Positions 7,141 to 16,416 of a stretch of DNA of 64,000 nucleotides are shown piece by piece. A model generated the notes under the pieces. That model saw nothing but the letters and a program-made list of their open reading frames with translations. It searched no databases and was not told the origin of the DNA. Every line of letters starts with the position of its first letter. The first letter of the stretch is position 1. The stretch lies in IMG/VR virus record IMGVR_UViG_3300027736_000020, positions 1 through 64,000 of that record. One strand, given 5' to 3'. Both the position numbers and the translations under genes were made by a program. This DNA is from a virus.

Positions 7141-10100
7141 ATGCCATGGTTTGATAAAAGCATACATCCTGATTTTCGCAAAAGCGAAGACCGTGCCAAT
7201 CAGAAGGAAGATCGTGGCCCCGCAACTCCGGGTGACAGGATCAAGCAGGCACTGACCACTCCGCAATCCGCTGAGGATGCCGCTGCCATGAGGGAACGCA
7301 TTCAGTCTGGAATGGCTGGTGCAGGATCGGTGCTTGGCGGAGGGTTGCAGGTAGCAAGAACCGCGGCAACCATTGGCGGACATGTCACCGCAGGCGTTGG
7401 AGCTGCGGCAAAACAGGCAGTGAGGGAAGTCACCTCCCTTCCCGTTGTGCAGCAAACCGCTGCAACTCTTGGCCAAGAAGCGGGTAGACGCATCGTTGAC
7501 GCGGCAGGACGTGTTGGAGCCAAGCGTGTGACCAGAGGTGGATTGCTCGGCATCACTGCCGGACGACAATTTGCTGAATCATTCCCAAAGGGCTCCTCGA
7601 TTGATGGAGCAGAACCGTCTGCGGCTTCAGCACCAGAAGTTGCGTCATCAGCACCAGAAGTTGCGTCATCAGCACCAGAAGTTGCGTCATCCCGTGAACC
7701 GGGTGTTCTTGACGTGTTGCTTGCCCGGGTGCAAAACGCAACAGCCAAGCCCTTTGCCAGACGACAAAGTGGCTCCCTTGCGCGGCAAGCCGTGACGGGT
7801 GATGCTGCTCCGGATGCTGCTCCGGATGCTGCTTCGGAAGGTGATTCGTATGGTACGCGAGTAGCAAGTGTGTACAACAATGCCGTTGGGGCATTGACGG
7901 ACTATCTGCTGAATCAGTTCAGGCGCTCGAAAAGACAAGCCGCAACAGATGTGGGAACAGTGAGAGCACTTGGCCCCATGAATGTCGGCAGGGCAGTCAA
8001 GGATGCGGTAACGGGTCATGTCAAGGAAGCCGTTGGAGAGCTGGGAGAAAACGTTGCGCTTTCTGCCCTTGAAACCGTCGTGGGTCCTGAAGAACAGGTA
8101 CTTGAGGAGGATCTTGCAGGATTCCATGCACAATATCCTCAGTTCCTCAATCAGCATGAACATCTTGAAGTGCTTCGTCATTCTCCGGAAGAAGCTTGGG
8201 AAAAGGGTGTCAGCCAGTATGTCCGCAATCCCCATACCGGAAGAATGGGAAAGATATACAGGATTTCTGATCATCCCGATCAGGAAGATGTCGGAGGAAT
8301 TCTTGAAGGAACCTTTGTTCCGCATGCTAATTTCGAGAATGACACAGATTCATCGCACTATCATGCTTTTTTGGGTGAATCCGTTCGCACCGGGCTTGCC
8401 GATGACGATGAACCTCCATCGTACGATCCCGGACCTGCGGAAAAAAAGAGTATTCAGGCAAGATATGCACTTGAATGGCTTGATGGACATCCTTCCAATG
8501 ACTGGGTACATCCAGACATCATCAAAGGCGCACGAACAGGAATATCTCCTTTTGGCGCAATTCCCCGTGCGCAATGGGATACGTCAACACGTGGTCCGCT
8601 TGGAGGATCGGGAACAAGCGGATTTGAACATAATGTTGGTGAAGCCCTTGACGCTAGTTATTCAGGAGCTTATGGCAGCGATCCTTATAATGAAGGACCG
8701 TCAATGGAGTTTTCCGGGTTTGATGCTCCCGAACATCATGGTCTGAGTGAAAAAACTATTGCGAGGGCTGCAGGTCCTCATGGATGGACACTTCCGGGTG
8801 TTGGTCATGGACCACACGATATTGAAGGATACTTGCATACTGCCGCGCATTCTCCGGAAGAACGTGAACGATATCTTGCCGAAGTGATTGAAGCACGCAA
8901 ACGCGGATTTCTTACTCCTGTCCCCACTGCCAAAGGAACCGGAGGTTGGACCGGATATAATCATCAGGATAGACAACCCTTGTATACCCGATCCCATGTC
9001 AAATTGACACGTGGACAAAGACAATTGCTTGCAGAGCAAAAATTGGTTAATCTTGCAGAATCCTTAAAACCTGCAAGGTTTGATCGCGTTGATGAACCGG
9101 GGCGTATGGACGACCTACGGGCATTGCGCAAGTGGCAGAGGCTTCAACGGAATATCGATCCAGTATCTGGTCTTCCCTTGGGTGATTCAGAAGGCGCGTA
9201 TCCAAATTGGGAACCTGATTATCTTGAAGATGGCAATAATGAAGATGATTTCAAGCCGGGAGCGCGTGGTGAAAATTCAATCCTTAGTCACGGAATCTGG
9301 CGAGGATATCCTGATTATGATGGATCTGAAGGTGGACCATATGGGGCACATGATTTATTGACGCGGAACATGCCTAGAGTCATTGCTACGCTTGCCGATG
9401 ACTATGCTGCTCCAGATGGCATGGATCCCGGACAATGGAACACATTGCTTCAAACAGAATATCGATCAAGAGGCGGCGGCCGGGCACATGCAACAGAATA
9501 TCTTGATTTGGGATTTCTCGTAAAGAAAGAGGATAGAGCCAGAGCCAAAACAGCTATTCAATCAATGGAGACAAGAGTACGAGACCTTATCCCTGATCCT
9601 CCCAATGGAGCAAAAAAGGAAAGATCAGGATACGAAACAAACATGGATGCGCGTTCGGTTGTCGATGCAATCAAACGTGCTCATGAAAGTCCAGTTCCAT
9701 TGCCTTCCGGAACACCATTTGATTCCTCTGCGACTCCAAGTGATTCCGAAATAGCGAGACATCGAAAAACTTCTTTTGGCTTAAGAAGGCAAAGCGAAGG
9801 AATTACCGATGCATCTTCACAATTGGCCGATCCGGATCACTATTGGAAAAGAGGACGGTTTCGTCAAACGGATCCGAACGCCTCTTTTGGTTTTTCTGAT
9901 CCTTATAGTGATCATGATGATTCCATTCCTTATGACCGGCAAGTTCCTTATCCTGATTCCGAAGATTCGTATGGTGCATGGAACGAATCAGGCGAATATG
10001 GGCCAAAAAATGATGGTACATACAATCATCTTGGCGATGAATCATTTAAGCAACGCGAGCAAGAAGGAGTACGAATTCAACATGGGCTTTTGCATATACG

Positions 10101-11730
10101 GGGTTTCAATCACGAGCCAACGGATGGCCCTTATTCCGATACGGCAGTATTGATGCGGGCAATGGAAACAGCGCATTTTTCTCGAACCGCTGGTGAATCG
10201 ACAATAGGAGAAGAATCGAGAAATCGTGCGTTTCTTGATGGATTGCGACAGGGCGCAAGCAATCATGAGAGGGATCGTCGTTATCGTGACGATCCGCTAT
10301 CTCAACGTCAATACGCTAATTATCCCAATCCCGGATTCAGCTCAATAGAGCAAATGCAAGAAAGCAATAAAAAATTTGGAGTTTCATTGGCCAGACATGC
10401 TCCGGAAATATTGAGGAATCGGGCACTAGTACTTCGTGCCCGGTTGGCGGAAATGAAAAAACTTGACGAAATGGGAATCGAAACAAGAAACATGTCAGGC
10501 AGGTATGAGAACATTACTCATGCGTTCAATCCTGAAGAATATGTAAGGACACAAAAAGATCTTGCGTCTGTGCAAAACTTGCTTCAACGGTTTCTCTCCC
10601 CTTCAGTGCGAATATTTGGACAACAAACAGCAGAAGGAACAGTGAAATCATTTTTTCATTTGACAAGAACATCCGCGTTGCGCAAATCCATGGAAAGCAA
10701 GATTCGTGATGAGGAAAACCAGCAAAGACGCAAGATTCACCGGGAAGAAATTGCCGAGGAAGAGCATGGCGTCGAGCATGAATATGATCATGGACAAGGA
10801 CGCCATGAACGCAAGATCATGCGTCTGGTAGAAGACAGCAATGTCTGCCCCAAATGCGGATGCAACCCTTGTCGATGCGAGGAGCGCGGAGAGGCGAAAG
10901 TTCTCCGCCGGATGGATCAGTACGAGAAAAAGACCCGAAAGGTCATCGACAAGGAAGAGGACGCACAGAAAAAGCGCATTCACCGAGACCACACTGGTCC
11001 CGGAGTTCCCAAGTTTGTCGCAAAATATGATCATGGAATCAATCAGCACAAAAGAAAACTGAAGAAGGAAATCACTGAATTGCGTAAAGAGGAAAAGGAC
11101 GAAGTGCAAAAGGACATGGACAAGTCATTGCGGAAATTGCAGAAAGCCGTCAACGCAGTGGACATGAGTCCCGATTTGCTTCCTGCCACTCCGGTGAAAC
11201 CTCCTGTCGTGCCAAAGCTTCCCAAGGCTCCTGCAGTTACTCCGGTGATGAAAAGCGTTGAAGCCATGGAAAAATCAAAAAAACACAAGAAAAAGAGTAA
11301 ATGGCCCAGTTTTGACGTGCAATCCAGTCAGATAGCCAGAAGGGAAGGAGTCAGCGAAAAGGCAGCCGACGCAATGCTTGCTTCCCGCGCCCGTAATCAC
11401 GGAACAAAGAAATCATTGACCGGCAATGTTGATGAAAGCGGATTTGTCATTCCCGGAACAGTTCAGCGCAGAAGTGGCGTAGGATTTGCAGATATGGACA
11501 AACGAGCCAGTGAAATCAAGGCTCGCGCGAATGAGGCGCGTGTCCGCGCTGCGGCTGATGCGGCGGCAGCAACTCCTGTCGTTCCAAGTGGCCCACGAAT
11601 CAGATACGGCGATCCGATTACTGAAACGATTGCCAAAGTACGAGGAAGACAGGCAGCGAGGCAAGCTGGCGGAACATTTGCAGACAGGGACATCAGGGTG
11701 TACCGTCCAGCAAAAAAGAAGGGCACGTAA
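7141..11730 (+). CDS. Very large (1529 aa) hypothetical protein, probable internal head/ejection protein
   Basis: Good RBS; N-terminus WFDKSIHPDFRKSE matches the 5245 protein; many KS/KA motifs in the C-terminal third; CPKCGCNPCRC segment; low-complexity repeats. Confidence 0.8.
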   Translation: MPWFDKSIHPDFRKSEDRANQKEDRGPATPGDRIKQALTTPQSAEDAAAMRERIQSGMAGAGSVLGGGLQVARTAATIGGHVTAGVGAAAKQAVREVTSLPVVQQTAATLGQEAGRRIVDAAGRVGAKRVTRGGLLGITAGRQFAESFPKGSSIDGAEPSAASAPEVASSAPEVASSAPEVASSREPGVLDVLLARVQNATAKPFARRQSGSLARQAVTGDAAPDAAPDAASEGDSYGTRVASVYNNAVGALTDYLLNQFRRSKRQAATDVGTVRALGPMNVGRAVKDAVTGHVKEAVGELGENVALSALETVVGPEEQVLEEDLAGFHAQYPQFLNQHEHLEVLRHSPEEAWEKGVSQYVRNPHTGRMGKIYRISDHPDQEDVGGILEGTFVPHANFENDTDSSHYHAFLGESVRTGLADDDEPPSYDPGPAEKKSIQARYALEWLDGHPSNDWVHPDIIKGARTGISPFGAIPRAQWDTSTRGPLGGSGTSGFEHNVGEALDASYSGAYGSDPYNEGPSMEFSGFDAPEHHGLSEKTIARAAGPHGWTLPGVGHGPHDIEGYLHTAAHSPEERERYLAEVIEARKRGFLTPVPTAKGTGGWTGYNHQDRQPLYTRSHVKLTRGQRQLLAEQKLVNLAESLKPARFDRVDEPGRMDDLRALRKWQRLQRNIDPVSGLPLGDSEGAYPNWEPDYLEDGNNEDDFKPGARGENSILSHGIWRGYPDYDGSEGGPYGAHDLLTRNMPRVIATLADDYAAPDGMDPGQWNTLLQTEYRSRGGGRAHATEYLDLGFLVKKEDRARAKTAIQSMETRVRDLIPDPPNGAKKERSGYETNMDARSVVDAIKRAHESPVPLPSGTPFDSSATPSDSEIARHRKTSFGLRRQSEGITDASSQLADPDHYWKRGRFRQTDPNASFGFSDPYSDHDDSIPYDRQVPYPDSEDSYGAWNESGEYGPKNDGTYNHLGDESFKQREQEGVRIQHGLLHIRGFNHEPTDGPYSDTAVLMRAMETAHFSRTAGESTIGEESRNRAFLDGLRQGASNHERDRRYRDDPLSQRQYANYPNPGFSSIEQMQESNKKFGVSLARHAPEILRNRALVLRARLAEMKKLDEMGIETRNMSGRYENITHAFNPEEYVRTQKDLASVQNLLQRFLSPSVRIFGQQTAEGTVKSFFHLTRTSALRKSMESKIRDEENQQRRKIHREEIAEEEHGVEHEYDHGQGRHERKIMRLVEDSNVCPKCGCNPCRCEERGEAKVLRRMDQYEKKTRKVIDKEEDAQKKRIHRDHTGPGVPKFVAKYDHGINQHKRKLKKEITELRKEEKDEVQKDMDKSLRKLQKAVNAVDMSPDLLPATPVKPPVVPKLPKAPAVTPVMKSVEAMEKSKKHKKKSKWPSFDVQSSQIARREGVSEKAADAMLASRARNHGTKKSLTGNVDESGFVIPGTVQRRSGVGFADMDKRASEIKARANEARVRAAADAAAATPVVPSGPRIRYGDPITETIAKVRGRQAARQAGGTFADRDIRVYRPAKKKGT
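7627..7689 (+). repeat. 3 x 21-bp in-frame tandem repeat (SAPEVAS)
   Basis: TCAGCACCAGAAGTTGCGTCA x3; a 12-bp GATGCTGCTCCG repeat (DAAP) follows at 7801-7833. Confidence 0.95.
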
Positions 11731-11734
11731 CAAG

Positions 11735-11747
11735 GGTATACTGGGGG
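11735..11747 (+). promoter_or_regulatory. Putative -10 element TATACT(GGGGG)
   Basis: TATACTGGGGG is identical to the 11-mer upstream of dnaE (1041-1051); AGGAG RBS follows. Confidence 0.5.
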
Positions 11748-11763
11748 CAGGAGAACTGTCCCC

Positions 11764-12177
11764 ATGAAATTTGACACCGCCGTTGTCGTAATGAAGAAGA
11801 CACCATTGCCGTTGATTTCAATCGAGCCTGTTGCAGTCCCGGTTGTGGAAGAAGTTCCCTACGTTCGCAAGTATTACGATTGCGTGATTCGTTCCCGGCG
11901 CGATGAGCATACACGGGAATGGTGGAAACTCATGGATGATCGGTACATGAAAGAGAAGGATTCGATTCCTTTTCAGATATGGCCAATGATCCGGGGTATC
12001 TCGAATGACTGGAGTGGCCCTTGGCCTTCAGCAGCCGTAGGGGTCACGTATGAGGAGTCTGACATGATCAAGGAATGGGCCAAGGAAACTCCATTGTGGA
12101 CGGTATCCACGCCGAGTCTTTCCTTCATTTACAAGCCACTTTTTGAAGGTGGACCAGTGAGATCTTCCTATAAATGA
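11764..12177 (+). CDS. Hypothetical protein
   Basis: 137-aa ORF with AGGAG RBS, fills the gap. Confidence 0.7.
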   Translation: MKFDTAVVVMKKTPLPLISIEPVAVPVVEEVPYVRKYYDCVIRSRRDEHTREWWKLMDDRYMKEKDSIPFQIWPMIRGISNDWSGPWPSAAVGVTYEESDMIKEWAKETPLWTVSTPSLSFIYKPLFEGGPVRSSYK

Positions 12178-12183
12178 TATACT
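12175..12183 (+). promoter_or_regulatory. Putative extended -10 promoter TGATATACT
   Basis: About 30 nt upstream of the thermonuclease ATG. Confidence 0.5.
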
Positions 12184-12213
12184 TTCATGTAATGAAAAGG
12201 AACGGGAAAAGTC

Positions 12214-12621
12214 ATGTATGAATACAAGGTAAACAAATTGCTTGGAGTCATTGATGGAGATACCATTGATGTGCAGATTGATCTTGGATTCGACGTGTCG
12301 TTTACCAGTCGTGTTCGACTGAGTGGCATTGATACGCCCGAAAGTCGCACCACGGACCTCAAGGAAAAGAAATATGGTCTTGAGGCAAAGGAATGGCTCA
12401 AGCATCGTCTTGAGTCTGCCAAGAAGATTGTCATTCGCACCGAAAAACCTGACTCCAGCGAAAAATACGGAAGGATTCTCGGCACGTTGTCGATTGATGA
12501 TGAGCCGCTTTCCTTGAATGAGCAGCTCGTAAAGGCCGGATATGCGTGGGCATATGATGGTGGCACCAAGCACAAGAGCTTTGAAGATCTTGATGAGAAA
12601 AGAAAGGCGGCAGGGAAATGA
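12214..12621 (+). CDS. Thermonuclease (SNase-like) family protein
   Basis: VIDGDTIDVQIDLGF, RVRLSGIDTPE, KYGRILG, LNEQLVKAGYAWAYDGG. Confidence 0.92.
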   Translation: MYEYKVNKLLGVIDGDTIDVQIDLGFDVSFTSRVRLSGIDTPESRTTDLKEKKYGLEAKEWLKHRLESAKKIVIRTEKPDSSEKYGRILGTLSIDDEPLSLNEQLVKAGYAWAYDGGTKHKSFEDLDEKRKAAGK

Positions 12622-12917
12622 GTTATTCGAATATCAGGAAGTCACTGGAAAGAAATCAGCAGTCCCTTGATACCATGGTTACAGGATTGTTGACGGAGCT
12701 GGTAAAGGGCAAGCGTCGAAAGACAGGAATGGGTCGTCCCAAGGGTGATGGTCATGAGGCAATGAAGGTCAATGGTCCGGTAACGCACGATATTGAGCCC
12801 CAGACTGATGAACTTCTTGACGGTCCTCAAGCCATGGGACTCAATGAATCTGTCACCAAGTCGTTTGGTCGCACGAAGCGTGCACCCAAGTGGTTTGAGG
12901 ACACTGTCCTGTATTAG
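12618..12917 (+). CDS. Small hypothetical protein, possibly head-associated
   Basis: ATGA overlap with the upstream gene; IRKS and VTKSF motifs; C-terminal WFEDTV. Confidence 0.7.
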   Translation: MSYSNIRKSLERNQQSLDTMVTGLLTELVKGKRRKTGMGRPKGDGHEAMKVNGPVTHDIEPQTDELLDGPQAMGLNESVTKSFGRTKRAPKWFEDTVLY

Positions 12918-12929
12918 AAAGGAAATCCG

Positions 12930-13439
12930 TTGATCGAGATGATCGTTGCTTGCGCTGCAGATAGTCAGCAGCGACTGGTTATTGGAAGGGACAACACGTT
13001 ACCGTGGAACATTCCTGAAGAACTCCGTCGTTTTCGCACTGTCACGTCAGGCCGTGCTGTTGTCATGGGAAGGAAAACCTATGAGAGTTTGCCGCGCAAG
13101 CCACTTCCTAACAGAACGAATATTATTCTCAGTTCCCGGCCAGAGTATCCTGCTCCTGACTGCCTTGTGTACAGCAGTATCGCTGACGTTGTGGCGAAAT
13201 ACGCACGTTCAGAGGAAACCTGTGTGGTCATGGGAGGTCAGGAAATCTACCGGATCTTCTGGCCATTCTGCAATACACTTCATATCTCAAGGATTGACAT
13301 GCTCGTTGATGACGGTGATGCGTTCTTTCCGTTCTCTTGGAATGATGTCGAATTGGAATTCTCTCCCGTTTCTTTCGTGGACCGGAGTTCTCAAGGAATA
13401 CAGTGGAAGGAATACACCTATGAGCGAAACCAGCACTGA
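12930..13439 (+). CDS. folA: Dihydrofolate reductase
   Basis: MIVACA, VIGRDNTLPWNIPEELRRFR, VVMGRKTYESLPRKPLPNRTNIILS, VMGGQEIY, GDAFFP; TTG start with AAAGGA RBS. Confidence 0.95.
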   Translation: MIEMIVACAADSQQRLVIGRDNTLPWNIPEELRRFRTVTSGRAVVMGRKTYESLPRKPLPNRTNIILSSRPEYPAPDCLVYSSIADVVAKYARSEETCVVMGGQEIYRIFWPFCNTLHISRIDMLVDDGDAFFPFSWNDVELEFSPVSFVDRSSQGIQWKEYTYERNQH

Positions 13440-13794
13440 AAAATTTCTCATCAGTCCAAAATACATCCTGCGAAAAATGTTGCAGGAAATCCTTGAGGAC
13501 CATTCCCATTTGATGAAATATCCAAAGGATTGCTCTTGTCTCAATCATGATGGTCCGCATGCCATCTGGCAATCCCAGGATCAGCTCATACGGAATTACC
13601 GTTCCATACTCAAGATCATCGACACAGTGGATATTCCACAGGAATTTTATGGAACAATTGCTGATATCATTGCATTTGGCGAGGCAGAAAGACAGCGTCA
13701 ATCAATCCTGATCAAGGATTTGAAATTGTATGCCAATGATTTCATGCCAAAAAAAAGGCAGGAAACCATGCGCCGACAAAAAGTTAGCGAATGA
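13420..13794 (+). CDS. Hypothetical protein
   Basis: Start reassigned to ATG 13420 (GGAAGG RBS). The upstream part of the listed 12946 ORF is an alternative frame over DHFR. Confidence 0.7.
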   Translation: MSETSTEKFLISPKYILRKMLQEILEDHSHLMKYPKDCSCLNHDGPHAIWQSQDQLIRNYRSILKIIDTVDIPQEFYGTIADIIAFGEAERQRQSILIKDLKLYANDFMPKKRQETMRRQKVSE

Positions 13795-13797
13795 TGA

Positions 13798-16410
13798 TTA
13801 TTCAAATCGCCGGATTGACACACTAAACCAACTTCTTCGGAAATTTTCGTTCCATCTATCTAGCTCCCTCTCCAGATTCACCTCTGGTTCATCAAACAGT
13901 CCTTCCCAAGCTTCATATTGACGGTCCCCAGCTGGTTGCGTTGTGTCTATATACGGAGCGGGAGGTTGGGAAGCAACAAACTTTTTCCATTTTTCTACCC
14001 AAGGTCGGAACAATCGATCCCTACGAAGCGGAGTCGTCAGATGCACCTCATCGTCATCTGGGATTGCGATATATGTCAAATTTGGCCCAGTAAATCCCGC
14101 ATTGTACAATGAGTGAAAAACTTGTTGCGTATGATGTGGCGTAACGACTGTTCCGGGTTTTATGTGGATCCATTCAATGTGGGGGTCAACTGGAGGAGGA
14201 ACCGGAGACCGTTGAGGATCAAACGCCATATCAGCTGGCTCAGCATACCACTCGCTCGAAGTTTTTTTCTTACGACTTGAAGCCTCAACAAGCAACTGTC
14301 TATTTTCCCCAAATACACCTCTATATCTGCCACCTAAACCTGCTCTTGAACTTGGACCGCTGACATGAATCATTTTTCCCGTAGGATAATTTTTTTCATC
14401 GTATTGATCAGCGTTGTTATTAAAACGATTACGTGCGTCCTCTCCTCGGCCTTTTTCAAGTCTTTCCATTCCAGCTTTGCTCATTTTCAATCTTGCACTG
14501 ATTGCCTTGGCTTTTCTTCTGGCGTCTGCCTTGCTTGAAGCACCCCACGCCTGAAGCGAAAGCAGCAATCGCGTTGGCTTGCCATGCTCGTCATACTCCG
14601 GCCCCGGAGAATTGCCCATACGCGCGAGGAATGACGCTCGACGTGGGTTATCCCCTGACTTGACCGGAGGCTTCAGGTTGTGGCCCTCAGCCTTCGCAGA
14701 GGCCCTTCCCTTGGCGTTGAGACCACCCTTGGGATTCTGACCTTCCTTCCGTTGCCACGCAGGCGTCTTGTTTGCCTTGGAAAGACGATTGTATATTTCG
14801 TGAAGGGGAATATCGTCATAGAAAGAATTCCTGAGTGGCGCTTCCGGCGGAGGAGCCGCTTGTCCCATGTCCTTCGTTGGGCCTTCTTCAGGCGACATGC
14901 CTCGCCTTTTAGTAATCGTGCTGATATTCGGAGTACGCAGAAAAGCGTCATGAGCAGATTGAATACCGGGATGACCTTCTCCCAATATTGCAGAACTCAA
15001 TGCCATCACGACCGGATTATTCGGCACTTTAGACTTGTACCATTCAAAAAAAGGATGTGTGACCGGCATGGATGGGTTGCGCTTATATGAAGGTTGTCTA
15101 AGATTTTCTATAATATCACGCTGCTCATCTGCAAATGAATCCATTTTTCCAGTTGCATCAAATTCTCTTCCCTGCTCACGCACCCATTGCCGAAAATGAC
15201 GACCAACGCTTAATGCATCTGTTTTTCCCATTGATGCCATCTGTGCAACATGATCGTTTGCACCACGCACAAACTGATCATCAGAAGCTAAGCGTTGATA
15301 CGTTTCGGGCAAATGCTCATTCAAAATGTGAAGCGCCGTAGCTGATGCGATAGCCTGATTATACACTGGACCCAAACTGTGCATGGCATCAGACATAAAG
15401 TTTCTTGTCATCGAACGGTAGCTATCCATTTTTTTGCTTCTGTTGTATTGTCCAACCATTTCCGGGATAAATGCATTGGCTGATTCAGCAGTCTCACCGG
15501 AATCTCCGGTCATTTCTTGCCTTTGCAATTTTTCCCTCATCTCCAAATCTTTCTCGGGAACAACTCTTTCATTCCAATCATCTATTTCTTTTGGACTTGG
15601 TAACAAGCTCATTATCGAAATTCCAAGATTTGCAGGTTTTTCGGCCATAACAAATCTCGGTAATCCGAAACGCGGGTTCCAGAAGTCACGACCATTCGAG
15701 TCGCTCGAACTGTTTACGTCGTTGACAGATGCCTTGGAAAGACGATTATACAAATCATGCAATGATATGCCGTTAAACGCGTCTTGATTTGCAAATGAAT
15801 TTTGAAGGGGTTCAGGATTTGTTACCTCATGTGGAACAGTAAATTGCTCCATTGATTTTGGCAAATCTTCTTCATTACCTTTATCCATTCTTGCATTTGC
15901 CTGATCCTGACTTCCTCCGTCTCTTTCTTGAACCGGCCAATCTTTTTTGCGATTCTTTTCACTAATTAAGGTAGTCGGATCGACACCGCGTTTGTCAGCC
16001 GTTTTGTCTTCGGGATCAAGTTTTTGTTTGGGAACTGGTAGCGTCCATCCTTCTATCCCTCTGGGTTGTCGATCTTTCAAATAGAGAGCATTGTGTTGAT
16101 CGAGCTGTTGCTGCATCAGCATCTGCGCTGTTTCGGCATCCCCTCCTGCAGCATCTAGAAAAATTCTTCTCGCTTCTTCGGTAAAATACCATTCTCCACC
16201 GGGAGCAATAAAATTTTCAGGTGTTGAGCCATTTGAAAAACCATTGTCTGCTGGGCCATACAGAGGTGCTTTTGCGAGTTTATTTTTCTTAAGAAGACTC
16301 AATTGCGATGGAAATGGATTTGATTTCATGATCATGCTCTTTTTTGATTTGGAAAGTTTTGCATATATCTTGCTTAATGACATATCAGCGTACAGGTATT
16401 CTTCCATCAT
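13798..16410 (-). CDS. 870-aa multi-module protein directly downstream of portal, probable head protein; contains a DUF6321-like module
   Basis: Three LxxLY(N/A)(R/K)LSK(A/S) motifs; module PAWQRKEGQNPKGGLNAKGR...RRASFLARMG...LLLSLQAWG (about 14487-14772); C-terminal RRSWFSVSI. Confidence 0.8.
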   Translation of the reverse strand: MMEEYLYADMSLSKIYAKLSKSKKSMIMKSNPFPSQLSLLKKNKLAKAPLYGPADNGFSNGSTPENFIAPGGEWYFTEEARRIFLDAAGGDAETAQMLMQQQLDQHNALYLKDRQPRGIEGWTLPVPKQKLDPEDKTADKRGVDPTTLISEKNRKKDWPVQERDGGSQDQANARMDKGNEEDLPKSMEQFTVPHEVTNPEPLQNSFANQDAFNGISLHDLYNRLSKASVNDVNSSSDSNGRDFWNPRFGLPRFVMAEKPANLGISIMSLLPSPKEIDDWNERVVPEKDLEMREKLQRQEMTGDSGETAESANAFIPEMVGQYNRSKKMDSYRSMTRNFMSDAMHSLGPVYNQAIASATALHILNEHLPETYQRLASDDQFVRGANDHVAQMASMGKTDALSVGRHFRQWVREQGREFDATGKMDSFADEQRDIIENLRQPSYKRNPSMPVTHPFFEWYKSKVPNNPVVMALSSAILGEGHPGIQSAHDAFLRTPNISTITKRRGMSPEEGPTKDMGQAAPPPEAPLRNSFYDDIPLHEIYNRLSKANKTPAWQRKEGQNPKGGLNAKGRASAKAEGHNLKPPVKSGDNPRRASFLARMGNSPGPEYDEHGKPTRLLLSLQAWGASSKADARRKAKAISARLKMSKAGMERLEKGRGEDARNRFNNNADQYDEKNYPTGKMIHVSGPSSRAGLGGRYRGVFGENRQLLVEASSRKKKTSSEWYAEPADMAFDPQRSPVPPPVDPHIEWIHIKPGTVVTPHHTQQVFHSLYNAGFTGPNLTYIAIPDDDEVHLTTPLRRDRLFRPWVEKWKKFVASQPPAPYIDTTQPAGDRQYEAWEGLFDEPEVNLERELDRWNENFRRSWFSVSIRRFE

Positions 16411-16416
16411 TTTCTC

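Noticed and set aside
12946-13419. N-terminal extension of the 13420-13794 ORF
   Set aside because: Alternative frame over DHFR; a good RBS supports ATG 13420.
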